Positions 8,997-20,551 of a stretch of DNA of 64,000 nucleotides are shown here, piece after piece. Origin of the DNA: Octopus vulgaris (lineage: Eukaryota); the NCBI GenBank assembly GCA_951406725.2, contig OX597820.1:109678001-109742000 (forward strand). Reading direction: 5' to 3'. The notes below the pieces were generated by a model. That model did no database searches and was not told the DNA's origin. It saw nothing but the letters and a program-made list of their open reading frames with translations. The first letter of the stretch is position 1, and each line of letters begins with the position of its first letter. The position numbers were made by a program, and so were the translations under genes.

Positions 8997-10415
8997 TTAC
9001 GGTTGGGAAAGGGAGCATGACAGTTTAAATCTGCCTGCTTCCCCTTCTTCCGCTGCTGCAGGGCTCTTGACCGGCGTTGCCACTGGGCTCTGGGTGGGTG
9101 TGGTTGCCGGGGTTATTATCAGTTTGCCCTCCATTACCTCTTTGGTTACGTCTCTTATCAGTCGGCTCCTCAGATGCTCCTGAAGAACCTCCTCTCTCCA
9201 CTCGTCCTCCCCCACCTTCGCGAAGCGAGCGGTCGCCTTCACGTCTGTGGCTCTACTAAACAATGCAAATCTTGAGAATTTGCAACAATTGTACACTCTT
9301 TCGTTGTTCTCGTCGAAAGCTATGATCCTCTCGTTCTTCTGTAAACACTTTTTTATGTCTTGTTTTATGGGGAGGGGCTTGGCAAACTGTTTTCCAATGA
9401 AAACAGTGCCATGGGGGTAGGGTTGGGTGATTTGCTTGGTGTGTGTGTCTGCTGTGTTTGCTGTTTTTTTCTTTGTTTGGGGAGGGGAGTCCTGGGTATT
9501 ATCCTTTTTTCTTTTATGAGTGACTTGTGTGTAGTCCATTGGTTCTGTATGGTCCGTTTTTGTTTCCGTATTCGTCTTTTTGTTGTCTTTTCCTGTTTTC
9601 TCCCCTTCAGTGTTGGGGACACTTTGGGGAGGCGCTTCTTCTGTTCTCTTCTTTTTTATACAATTTGATCGGACGTGACCCTTCTCTCCACACTTGAAGC
9701 ATCTGGGTCTACGTCCCTCTACCGAAACTCTCATGGACGTACCGTCCTCATTGAAGATTCTATCTGGCAGGTTTTCAAGGATTTTGTTCTCCGCCTGCAC
9801 GAGGAGTTCTAGGGTCTGACCCTTCCACCGCACCACCTCTTTCCTTCTCATCTGCAGTATCGATATTTCTCGTTCAATGTTGTGCAGGACCGCCGCTGCT
9901 ACCCACATGATGTCGTACCCTCTGGGTATGTCTTCTACCAGTAACTTCGCTGTACGCTTCCCCATGTACGAGGGTAGCAGCATGATGTCGTCGTTTTTTA
10001 GGGTCAATGACGACACCTCTCTCGCTACCTCGGCTGTGTCGAAATGTGCCTCGACTGTAGCACTGCGTGCACCTCTAACGACATGACGAATTTTGTCCCA
10101 CACCGGGGACAGGCACTTTTCTACCATTTCATTCTTTACATCCATTATCTTCTTTTCTTTAAAGCTGTATACCTTGTAGATAACTATTCTTTCTTTAATT
10201 TCTTGTACCTTTGCCTGCGGCGGTACAAGCCTTATCTCGCCTCCTTCCACTTTTACTAGGTTCCTGAATTCGTACAATTGTTCGATTTTAAACTCGACAT
10301 CCATCATGGCGCCGCCCACCGCGGCCGAGAATGACTGTTTGGGTACTTCCTTTTCCATATTTTCACTTTTTCCCATCACGGGAAAATCCTTCTTCGATGT
10401 CAAGTCGAAATCCAT
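8997..10415 (-). CDS. Tx1 ORF1 (472 aa from first ATG), nucleic-acid-binding protein with CCHC zinc knuckle
   Basis: RPRCFKCGEKGHVRSNC knuckle followed by a Lys/Thr-rich tail; lies 28 nt upstream of the ORF2 ATG. Confidence 0.88.
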   Translation of the reverse strand: MDFDLTSKKDFPVMGKSENMEKEVPKQSFSAAVGGAMMDVEFKIEQLYEFRNLVKVEGGEIRLVPPQAKVQEIKERIVIYKVYSFKEKKIMDVKNEMVEKCLSPVWDKIRHVVRGARSATVEAHFDTAEVAREVSSLTLKNDDIMLLPSYMGKRTAKLLVEDIPRGYDIMWVAAAVLHNIEREISILQMRRKEVVRWKGQTLELLVQAENKILENLPDRIFNEDGTSMRVSVEGRRPRCFKCGEKGHVRSNCIKKKRTEEAPPQSVPNTEGEKTGKDNKKTNTETKTDHTEPMDYTQVTHKRKKDNTQDSPPQTKKKTANTADTHTKQITQPYPHGTVFIGKQFAKPLPIKQDIKKCLQKNERIIAFDENNERVYNCCKFSRFALFSRATDVKATARFAKVGEDEWREEVLQEHLRSRLIRDVTKEVMEGKLIITPATTPTQSPVATPVKSPAAAEEGEAGRFKLSCSLSQP

Positions 10416-10614
10416 TACCTCGAAGGTAATAAAAACGCAGGTAATACAAAATTTTCTGCCCCGTAGGGCGAAAATTACCGTTATACAACGGGCACTGTTC
10501 AAAACAGTTAGCACAAACAATAATAGTACAAATCCGAACTCTCTTAAATGAAGGCAGCAATTTTCTCACAACGCAGATGAACAGTAACTCGAGAACAGTA
10601 GCGAGTGAATAGGG

Positions 10615-10750
10615 ATCAGATACGATCGCTCGCTGGCTTTTATAAGGGAATTAGGGAGGGGGACGGAAACACGAGAGAGAGAGAGAGAATCGAAGCAACT
10701 AGTTTGAATACTATATTTGAGGGGGAAAAATAATTAATTAGATAAATGAC
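10615..10750 (-). promoter_or_regulatory. Putative promoter module (TATAAAA at 10644-10638, GA repeat, GCAACNAGTTTGAATA motif), homologous to 62540-62725
   Basis: Collinear similarity by eye with the region at the Penelope-like 3' end; promoter function is inferred. Confidence 0.5.
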
Positions 10751-10781
10751 TGAATGAAAGCCAGAGAGAGAATGAAAATAG

Positions 10782-11277
<496 letters not shown>

Positions 11278-11840
11278 GCGCTTCACATTTTTATAGAGAA
11301 CCCATTTCTCGTCACCAGTCGCTATTCTGTCTAAAAAAGTTTCATTGGTGAAATATGACAGCAAAGAAGAGCACACATTTACTCTCTGCTTGCGATTTGA
11401 CATGGAAAGTTTGTGAGGAATTCACTGACCCAATTTGCTGACTTTTCCGTTGGCATACATGTGTCAATGAATGGTTGAAAGACCAAATCCAAGATTCTCT
11501 GCTAGTTCCTCAACAGTTTCGATGAGATTTTGTTCCACCAGGGTTTGCAGGACATCCTCGTCGAGCTCTACATATATTCCCGGATGAGGCTGTAGTTTGC
11601 AGCTTGGAATAACCCTAACCCTAACCCTAACCCTAACCATTGACACTAGCTTACGCTTATTGTCCGATTCCCATATACTGCATTAATATTCCTCACACTT
11701 TCCATTGCGTTGTTGCCTTTATTGACCCCATAAAACAAAATATACCAAATATGCTCCTTTGTTACTTCCATTATAGCTTAGAAAAAATAACTGTTAAAAT
11801 CAAACTGCACTCTTCAAAACTTGCTCTAAGAATAAGTTGA
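11278..11840 (-). mobile_element. Mariner transposase remnant (5' part)
   Basis: [17 protein letters not shown] and LQTLVEQN..TVEELAENLG (HTH) motifs. Confidence 0.8.
11610..11638. repeat. Interstitial telomere-type (TAACCC)n, about 5 units
   Basis: Seen directly. Confidence 0.9.
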
Positions 11841-13500
11841 TTTTTTAATTTCCCACAAGGGGACAACATAATTTGATTTGGGGTTAGATGAATAAACATA
11901 AATGGTCATAAACGAGATTAAAAATTCATAAAATCTGAAAATATAAGGAAATCGAATGATAGGACAGACCGGAAGACATTAATGATGGAGAGGGCAGGTT
12001 TACTTCGGACCCCACGAGCCCCGCATTGCCACTGACACCTGAGATGCGTCCTGTGTTGCATTCATGAGGTCCCATCCACACGCAACATCCGTGCTACATT
12101 CTTCCATCGATTTTCGAACATTTTCACTGTCAGGCATTTTCTCTCTTGCCCTATTGTCCTTTTAAGGTGGAAAGTGAAGTAATTCACCAATTCAGGGCTA
12201 GAGATGAAAGTGCCTGACTTTAACCCTTTCAGTCTCGTCTTTCAAATCACCTCTCTCACAATTGCTACTACAATGAGAAAACAATTCTTACCTTCTTTCG
12301 AAAGGAAATCAGGCAGGTCAATTTTTACTATAGACTCAGTCGATAGCTGTACTCTTCTTGCACTTGACAACAGTTGTTTAGCATAAACCCACACGTCTGA
12401 CACTTCCGAAGACTGAACAATAGCGTGCGGGACGGTTTCCCTATCCCGCTCACATCTTAGACAGGTCGAAGAGCCGTGGCCACCATGCCTTGTGAGCTTC
12501 TCCCGAACAGGTAAGGCTCTTCGGTAACACTGCCATGACTTCTGAAAGTTGTCCAGGGTCTTCGGCCCGAATGTATGTTGGAACAGACTGGCCAGCTGAT
12601 TATCGTCGAGACCTAGGGTTTCCCCTAAGGTATCGTCACATTCCGCCTCTACAAGCCCTCTGTAAAAGAATGCGGTGGAACCTCCACCGCAGGCATTGTC
12701 CGAGCGATGGAATAGCAGGAGAGCCTTGTGACACTACCATGTACCCAACTTCGATCTTCGATAGAACCAGGTTTCCCGTCCACCGGAACTAGTGAACTTG
12801 GGAAACATCTGTTTCGCTAACGAAGACCACACCCATTCACCAATCAAGTAGAGCCACAGATGCCTCAACTTCAGCGTATCAACAACCAAGGCATCCCTAG
12901 CCCATTCTTTAATGGTTGTTGGCAGTAAATGAAGCGTCTCACAAGCGGTTTCGAACCCTTTCACAAGAAGTGGAAGAGCTGACTTTCCAGCTTGATTAAC
13001 CATGAATCAGGGCAAGAAATGATGGTTAGGTGGTAGGCGATGACCAATGCGATGAAAACATTGGCTACCTCCACCCTCCCTTTCAGGGAAAGCCACCGCC
13101 AAGACCAGGTCTTGACTATGTGGGTCACCCTGCTCGATACCTCGGCCCAGTTCTTCTCTATTTGGAGGTTTGGTCCGAACCAAACTCCTAGCAACTTAAT
13201 CAGCCAACATCCCACGACGCTGTCAGGAGGCATCAACTTGCCTCTCCAGGTGTCGAGCAGCAAGCCGACTGATTTTTCCCGATTAACTTTTGCTCCTGCC
13301 ACCGTCTCGTAAATCTTAATGGCCTTGCCTACCCTCTGTAGGTGATCCATTTCAGTTACGATGATGGTGATGTCATCCACGTAAGCTGAAACCGACTTTC
13401 AGCTTACGGACTATAACCTGGCTGTCTCAGAATGCCGCTCAATTTTCGCAGTAATGACTCAAGAGCCATCACATACAAGAGCGAGGAGTGCGGGCATCCC
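11841..13500 (-). mobile_element. Degenerate, 5'-truncated Tx1-clade LINE (related family)
   Basis: Frameshifted peptides similar to the ORF2 above (GCP.S.LLYVMALE, YVDD, VAGAKVNREKSVGL, KLLGVWFGP, WLSLKGR); A-rich 3' end near 11841. Confidence 0.85.
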
Positions 13501-13504
13501 TCTC

Positions 13505-16265
13505 CGGGCCTCCTCCGGTTCTTCCAACCACGCTCTTTTCACCCTGGTCAGTGCGCCCGCCCTATTTTTCTCCGAAGGCACGAAAACCACGTTCAGCTTC
13601 AGTCCGAACTCGGCGATCAATTCACCTAGAACTCCTAGACAGCGCTTCACTAACATCTCCGCGGCACCTTTCGTCCGCACTCTCCTTTCACCGGTTATCA
13701 CCGATCCTACCCAGCCAAGCACAGTGGCCGAATCCGTCTGGATTTCAATTGTGCGCAGCCCGCATTTCAGGGCCAAGTTCACCCCTTTCAGCACCGCGTC
13801 TAATTCGGCGACATTGATGTGGTTGAAGTCATCTGCTTTCCGAAGCCAGGCCGCGTCCTCCACCGCAGCGCCTTCGATTGCCAACACAACCCCTATCGCT
13901 ATACTGCTAGCATCACACCAGACGGTCTCGCATTCCGTCTTGGGCACGTACCAGTTCCCCCTGACCGGGTCTTCCGCTCTCGTCCTCTCTAGGATTTCCT
14001 GCATCATCGCCACCTTCTTCCACCTTGTCGCCCCAACTCTCCTCCTCCGCTCGTCTCTTGGTGTAACTGCACGCCCAGCGCAGCCATCCAGCGATCGGGT
14101 AGTGACTGACCAATTTCCTACACACTGAGAACAGCTCTCTCCTGCTGACACTGGAACTCAGCTCTGGGATTTCATTCCCTCTCCGGAACACCAATTCACC
14201 CGATCTATCTCTTCGCAGCTTCAGCCCCAGCGCGGCTCCCCCTTCCATCGACTCCGGTGGCTTCACAATCAGTCCGAACTTCTTCAGATGTCTAACTACC
14301 TCGTTGGCTGGCACTACAATTTCGTCCACCAAAATGTCGTCAATTTAGGAGCTGGTGGCCTTTCTAATCTTGCCGTCTTTCCCTGGGACGGACTTAAGCA
14401 CTGCCACCATGATCTTCGGACCGGAATTCAGCCCGAAACCCAGCCTGGTTAAACAGTACGTCCGGCCTTTGTACCGCACCAGCTGATATCGCCACAGTTT
14501 GTCGCTCACATGGAGCTGCATGTATGCCGATTTCAATCGTCGCTGCCTTGGTCGACTGTCTCCACGCACGTAACGTCTCGCAACAAACGTCTGTCGCCTC
14601 ACCTCCCGTGTGACACGATATATGCTGGTTTAGCTCCCTGAAGTCCAGCACCGGTCTGACTTTTCCCTTCGTAGGCTGCACCACCGCCATCAGGGGTAGC
14701 ACTCCGCCCGCTACCTCCTCCTCCCAAGGGACAAGGACCCCTTCCTCGATCCACCTCTCCACCTCATCTTCAAACTCAACCCTGGCGTGGCCTTTCAGGG
14801 TATGCTGGTAACAGCTCACTCTGTTTTTCAGCATCGGGGGCTCATCCTTCCATCTTCACTCTATCGTCCACCGCTGACCATCGAACGCCGCCTGAAAATC
14901 TTTGTCCTCGATGGTGTAAGCGGCGCAGTCCCTCGCGGGGCTCTGCTCTCTCTGGCGATCCTGACTCGCAGTGCACGAATCCCCCACGCTTCCGAACGTG
15001 ACCTCATCTCCCACAATACTGACGCCACCGAGGCGGTTGATGGCGTCCATCCCCATCACCACATCAACCCCATCTATCACGCATTCAGTCACAATTACCT
15101 GCAGCCTTAGCGTCGTGCTGCGCACCACTATTTCTACCTTGCTGCAGCCTCTGCAACGGATTTCGCTGCCATCGACCGCCCGGACGTTATTTGCCCCGTT
15201 CCATTTCTTTGTCACCTTTGAAGTCACATGGGTAGTCGTGCAGCCCGTATCCACGAGGGCCCTGAACGTCTTCCCCTCGGCTTCCACGTCAATTAATGGC
15301 AGCGTCTCCAATAGCGCCTCTACTCGTTTGCGGGGAAAATTCGAGAGGCAGCAACCTCCCCGCGGTCGTTTCCCTGGTCGCAATCACGGGCGATGTGCCC
15401 GGTCTGTCTGCATCGATAGCAAACGGGCCCCGGTTGCGTACAGTCCCGCGCCATGTGCAACCCCTGACATCTAAAACACCGACCTGAGAACGGCCGCTGT
15501 CGTTGCATGGTAGGCTTCTGTACGTCTTTCTCCGGTCGTCGTCCGTCTTTACGCACCTCCGTCACCGCCATCGCTATCGCCTTCTGCCCAGAGTGTCGCG
15601 TCATCATTTTAATCCCGGGCAATCGTTGTAGGTGAATCCCTACATCGTCGGTGAACCCATTTACAAACGCTAGTCGCGTTGCTCTCTCCAGCCCTTCTCC
15701 TATAAACCCAGCCAGAGTCGCTAACCTTCGTCCACCTGTCCTCCCGTCCATCTGATCGTACCTAGCTTAGCGAAAGCTGTGTATTCATACTCCGCGTAGG
15801 CATCCCGCAGACGTTGCTCTATCTTTTCCTCGCTCAGACGTTCTTCCTCGTCCATCCCAAGATAAAGATATAGTGTCAACACGCTTCCTTCCAAATACAG
15901 CGCCATAATACTTGCCACATCGCTTATACCTTGCAGTCTTGCCACCAGCCTGATTTTACGAATCCAAGCCACTACATCGCCTTCACCATTAAAAGGTCTG
16001 ATGATGTCGCTGGCGATCCTGATTTTCACTACCATCGTGGTGACGTCTTATACGGAGCGCCGAAATAGCTTGTGGTGTGTGCGAGAGATTCGAAATAAAG
16101 GCACCTACCTTCTCTTCGCTCAGATGGAGACCCTTCAGCGGTAACGGATCCTTCAACACAGCCCGACCCGAACACTAGAGATAGCAGCTGCTTCACCCAA
16201 CCTTAACAACATGATGACCCGTCTTAACCCCTCGACGACCTGACTCGAAAAGGCAGAATGCCCCG
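13505..16265 (-). mobile_element. Divergent Ty3/Gypsy-type LTR retrotransposon segment: partial LTR, gag, protease, RT, RNase H (frameshifted)
   Basis: Gag with two CCHC knuckles (CFRCQGLHMARDC, CYRCRQTGHIARDC), LVDTGC protease, RPVLDFRELN/LGFGLNSGP RT, WCDASS/VAELDAV/QTDS RNase H; 16071-16265 is the reverse complement of the LTR 3' part. Confidence 0.88.
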
Positions 16266-16325
16266 CTCTGAGTGTATATATACACTCAGAAAAAGGTAAT
16301 TAAAATTCATTAAAATGATAGATCT

Positions 16326-17799
16326 TGTGGGATGACGTCAGCAGCTGACCAGAACTTCGGGCTGACCGGAAGGGGCAGCAGTGACATGCGCGCAGGTAGG
16401 GTGGCATTCGGCCTTTCGTTCGCGGTCGCCGAGCGAGGAAGACGGGGTCAGCACGTTGTTAAGGTTGGGTGAAGCAGCTGCTATCTCTACGACGCTGGCT
16501 GGGTTTACAGGGTGAAAAGGGTGTGGTTGGAGGAACCGGAGGAGGATAGCTGCGGCGTGTCGGTTGGATGACTCTGAACTGAAGAGACTGCATGCTATGC
16601 ATCACCTGGGTGTGGACAGGACCCTGTATCTGGCGAAGAAAATTGATGCTGACGTCACTAGGAGAAGCATCTGGAAAGTGGTCGGGAGATGCGACAGGTG
16701 TCAGTCCATCGACCCTGCTCCGTGTGGGCATGAACAGGGAAGCCTTTCGGTGGAGCACAACTGGAAAAGGCTAGCTGTGGATGTGACGCACTACCGTCAG
16801 GGAATGTATCTCTCCATGGTCGACTGCGGGCCGGGCCGGCTGGCCATTTGGAGGGAGTTGAGAACGGGCATTGCTGACGAGATTGCGCAGATCTTGAACG
16901 GGATATTTTTAGAGAGAGGTCCTGTGGAAGAACTGCTAATGGACAACGGGGTGACGTTTCGTTCGGAAGCATTGAGGGATATGCTTGACCGGTGGAAGGT
17001 GCGTCGCTTATTCAGAGCAGCGTATAGGCCGAGCGGTAATGGGATCGTAGAGAGGCACCATCGGACAGTCAAGGCCATAGCGGAAAGAGGGCACGTTTCA
17101 CCGCTTGAAGCAGTTTTTTGGTACAACTTGTCTCCCCGATCCGGACAAGATGAGGAATCTATGCCGCAGAGAGCTGTATTTAAATATGAATGGAGGCACC
17201 TGAGCAAAGCGCCGGAGGGCCACGAGGAGGAGAAGGGGTCCGCTTGCGTGAAAGTAGGGGAAGAAGTCTGGGTTAAGCCACCGAAGGCGCGCTGTACGTC
17301 TCAATGGAGCAGAGGAACGGTGACGGTGGTCAATTCCAGAAACAACGTCTCCGTGGATGGAATGCCGCGACACATCTTGGACCTTCGCAGGATTGTCGCT
17401 TCGACGGACGACGATTGTGGAGAGGGGGAGAACGAGGTGCCCAGCTTGAGAAGATCTCGACGCGCAAGGCGCCCTCCCGGTTGGATGGTGGTCTACGACA
17501 TGGAGTAGATAGATTGTGATCTTTAAGATCAGGGTGGCGTGTGGGATGACGTCAGCAGCTGGGGAGCTGACCGGAAGGGGCAGCAGTGACGCGCGTGCAG
17601 GTAGGGTGGCATTCGGCCTTTCGATCGCGGTCGCCGAGCGAGGAAGACGGGGTCAGCACGTTGTTAAGGTGGAGAGAAGCAGCTGCTATCTCTAGCGTTC
17701 GGGTCGGGCTGTGTTGAAGGATCCATTACGGTTGAAGGGTCTCCATCTGAGCGGAGAGAAGGTAGGTGCCTTTATTTCGAATCTCTCGCATACACCACA
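16326..17799 (+). mobile_element. Internally deleted LTR retrotransposon of the same family: partial 5' LTR 16326-16489, integrase, 3' LTR 17540-17799, TSD AGATCT
   Basis: TG...CA ends; the two LTR starts match; purine-rich tract before the 3' LTR; AGATCT at 16320-16325 and 17800-17805. Confidence 0.9.
16564..17508 (+). CDS. Integrase (HHCC zinc finger and DDE core), uninterrupted
   Basis: LHAMHHLG..CDRC; AVDVTH, LMDNG, GIVERHH. Confidence 0.88.
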   Translation: MDDSELKRLHAMHHLGVDRTLYLAKKIDADVTRRSIWKVVGRCDRCQSIDPAPCGHEQGSLSVEHNWKRLAVDVTHYRQGMYLSMVDCGPGRLAIWRELRTGIADEIAQILNGIFLERGPVEELLMDNGVTFRSEALRDMLDRWKVRRLFRAAYRPSGNGIVERHHRTVKAIAERGHVSPLEAVFWYNLSPRSGQDEESMPQRAVFKYEWRHLSKAPEGHEEEKGSACVKVGEEVWVKPPKARCTSQWSRGTVTVVNSRNNVSVDGMPRHILDLRRIVASTDDDCGEGENEVPSLRRSRRARRPPGWMVVYDME

Positions 17800-18859
17800 A
17801 GATCTATCGGACTTTCATAGAAGTAAATTGTTGGTGCTCGTATGGCAGGTGCTAGTGTAACGAAAACAGCCAAAATGTTTGATGTATCAAGAAGTATTGT
17901 CTCGAAAATAATGACAGGAGGGAAAAAGTCTTCGTCGAAACAAAACTCCGGAAGAAAACCAAAACTTTCAGATAGGGACCGAATTGTTATAGAAAGTATC
18001 ACAAAAGTACAGCTCCCAAAATTACTGCAGAGGTTAATGACCACCTCAAGAACCCAGTTTCCACAAAAACTGTTCGCCGGGAGCTGCACAAAGTTTGGAT
18101 TTCACGGGAGAGCTGCAATCAGAAAACCACTACTTTCAAAAACAAACGTTGCAAAGCGTTTAGAGTGGAACAAAATCCTACAGAATTGGTCCCTAGAGCA
18201 GTGGAAGAATGTTATTTTCTCGGACAAGTCATCCTTTACCTTATTTCCGACCACCGGCCGAGTATACGTGTGGAGACAGCCAAAAGAAGCATTTGACCCA
18301 GACTGCCTTTTTCCAGTTGTTAAACATGGAGGAGGATCTGTGATGATCTGGTAGTGGTGGTGGTGGGGGGACTATATCTTGGAAATCCGCTGGCCCAATG
18401 GTTTCCCTTCATGGCAGAATTAATAGTCAAGACTGTTTAAGCATTTTATTTGATCAAATTCATCCTATGGTTGCGGAAATGTTTTCGGAGGGAAACGCAA
18501 TCTTTCAGGATGATAATGCACCAATTCACACAGCTGAAGTTGTTACTGAATGGCACGAGGAACTTTCTAGTGAAGTTGAACATCATATCTGGCCACCACA
18601 GTCCCCAGATCTCAGTAATATTGAACATTTATGGTACATTTTAGAAAGACAAGTAAGGAGTCGATATCCTCCACCATCATCACTTCAAGAACTGGTGACT
18701 GTTTTAGCTGAAGAATGGACAAAAATTCTTTGGAAACAATTGAAACTTTGTACGAGTGCATATCTCGTAGAATTCAAGGTGTAATTATTGCCAAATTAAA
18801 ATAATTTGTTTGAAATTTTAAGGCATTTCCATTATTTTGTCCAACCCCTGTATGTGCCT

Positions 18860-18889
<30 letters not shown>

Positions 18890-18895
<6 letters not shown>

Positions 18896-20085
18896 GTTCC
18901 TGCGCCCTTTGACGGGTCTTATTTTTTTGTCCCATGGGGACCCAGTTTTACTGCAAAGCAAAGACTTTCAAAACGCGTTAAATAATTACTTTATGCTGAT
19001 GATACTGATTTGTTGGTACACACAGAGGGAGATATGCAACAGATGTTTACTTCCTTGTCAAGACAAACATATTCTGAACCAAACACTTTTGTGAATGGAA
19101 CAAAGTTAGAAGTCATTGACAACTTTGTTGACCTTGGATGCACACTGTCAAGAGAATTTGGGAAGGGAAGTGTTGCATTTGGGCAGATAGAGGTATTTCC
19201 CTGCAGACAAAAAACAGTGTCTATAAAACGTGTGTATTGAGTGCACTTCTTTATTTGAGTGAGACGTGCACCACTTACAGATGTCTTATGAAAATGCCGG
19301 AGATATTTCATCAAAAGTGCCTGAAACGTATCTTGGGAGTCAAGTGGGAATGTTTCATACCAGATACAGAAGTTTTGTGCATGGCACATTGTAGCTCAAT
19401 TGAACAACATGTTATCTTGGCCCAAATGAGATGGGCTGGACATGTTATTAGAATGAAAGATGAGCGAATGCCAAAGTGTCTTTTTTATGGTGAGATTAAC
19501 TCTGGTAAGCCACCACAACATAAGCTGAAGAAACAGCATCAAGACTGTGAAGGAAAACAGTATAAAGACTGTGAACAAAAGTAATTGGGAAATTGATTTC
19601 TAGATCGGAACAAGTGGAGAGGTGCTGTAAAGGAAAAGATGATTCAGCACTCTGTGTTTAAAAGGGCCTATCACAAAGGAACAATTGGAACTGCAATCAA
19701 CAGTGAACATTGGATATGTATTGCGTGTGACCGTGTTCCATTGTCAAAAGCAGGATACGTGAATCATATGAAGTCACATGAAAATCGAAATGCCCGGGTA
19801 GGTAATAATCTTGAACACCAACTGTCTCTTATGACTTGCGTCTTATGTCACAAAAATTGTAAGACAATATCTGGACTTAAAAGACATATTCTAGTTCGCA
19901 AAAACATTCCTTCAGATAAAAAAGAAACTTGAATAATATTTGTTATTTGTGTTTTAAACCATGTCAGTTAGCACCTGGTCTTAAAAATCATCTGAGAGCT
20001 CATCAACGGAGTGATTGCGCTGTGTGATGGGATGTGGTGTGTGTTGATGGAACGGCTATCATCTGTCAAGATTAAGCAATCATCA
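18890..20085 (+). mobile_element. Degenerate RTE-clade LINE 3' fragment with C-terminal C2H2 fingers
   Basis: YADD, LLYLSET, QMRWAGHVIRM..RMPKCLFYGE, CIAC..HMKSH, CVLC..LKRH. Confidence 0.8.
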
Positions 20086-20108
20086 CACACACACACACAT
20101 ATATATAA

Positions 20109-20514
20109 TCTCTTATTATAAAAGGCAGATTTTATCTGCCTCCCTTTGTCAGTTATAGAAATCTACAATATAGGATTTCTTCAATTACAATTTACTTAGC
20201 ATTTTTAAGAGTAGAATGCATCGGGTTTTGCCAGGTCCACTTTTTAAAATTTAAACTCCAATTAAGCAAAATTTACAGAAAACTCACATTCTGGTGTGTA
20301 TGTCAAATGCTTTTCTTAAAGTGTTTTACACCACACGCACACGCACACACACAGTGTGCAACGAATAAAATGAAAGTAATTCACCTTTTGTAGTGAGTGA
20401 CTCTTTCAGTCTGCCACTTCCTCTTTACACACATAGACACGCAAATATATAAATAAAATTGTAAGCTAACGTGCGTGTGTGTGAGTGTGTGTGTGCGTGT
20501 GTGTGTGTGTGAGG

Positions 20515-20551
<37 letters not shown>

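Larger units (their letters stand above)
5332..10595 (-). mobile_element. Full-length Tx1-clade non-LTR retrotransposon, copy 2
   Basis: Near-identical to copy 1; intact ORF1; same ORF2 organisation. Confidence 0.92.
16291..18850 (+). mobile_element. Tc1 DNA transposon remnant, interrupted just after its start codon by the LTR element; 3' TIR present, 5' TIR lost
   Basis: ATGATAGATCTATCGGACTTT reconstituted on removing the insertion; VIFSDKSSF, FQDDNAPIH, WPPQSPDLSNIE; ends ...TTGTCCAACCCCTG followed by TA. Confidence 0.85.

Noticed and set aside
8960-9000. GTAAGT/GTGAGT donor overlapping the ORF1 stop, with CTAAC and AG, as a 41-nt intron fusing ORF1 to ORF2
   Set aside because: Splicing gives CCC TGG GTT GTA TAA, out of frame with ORF2; the TTTTTAG acceptor past the frameshift is also out of frame
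11610-11638. Telomere or chromosome end, or a link to the CCCTAT target
   Set aside because: Only about 5 interstitial units inside repeat debris, and no Tx1 junction at this site
16480-16515. Internal deletion of the LTR element as a spliced product (GT..AG at first junction)
   Set aside because: No pyrimidine tract, the second junction is AGG microhomology, and loss of the LTR end is incompatible with normal reverse transcription
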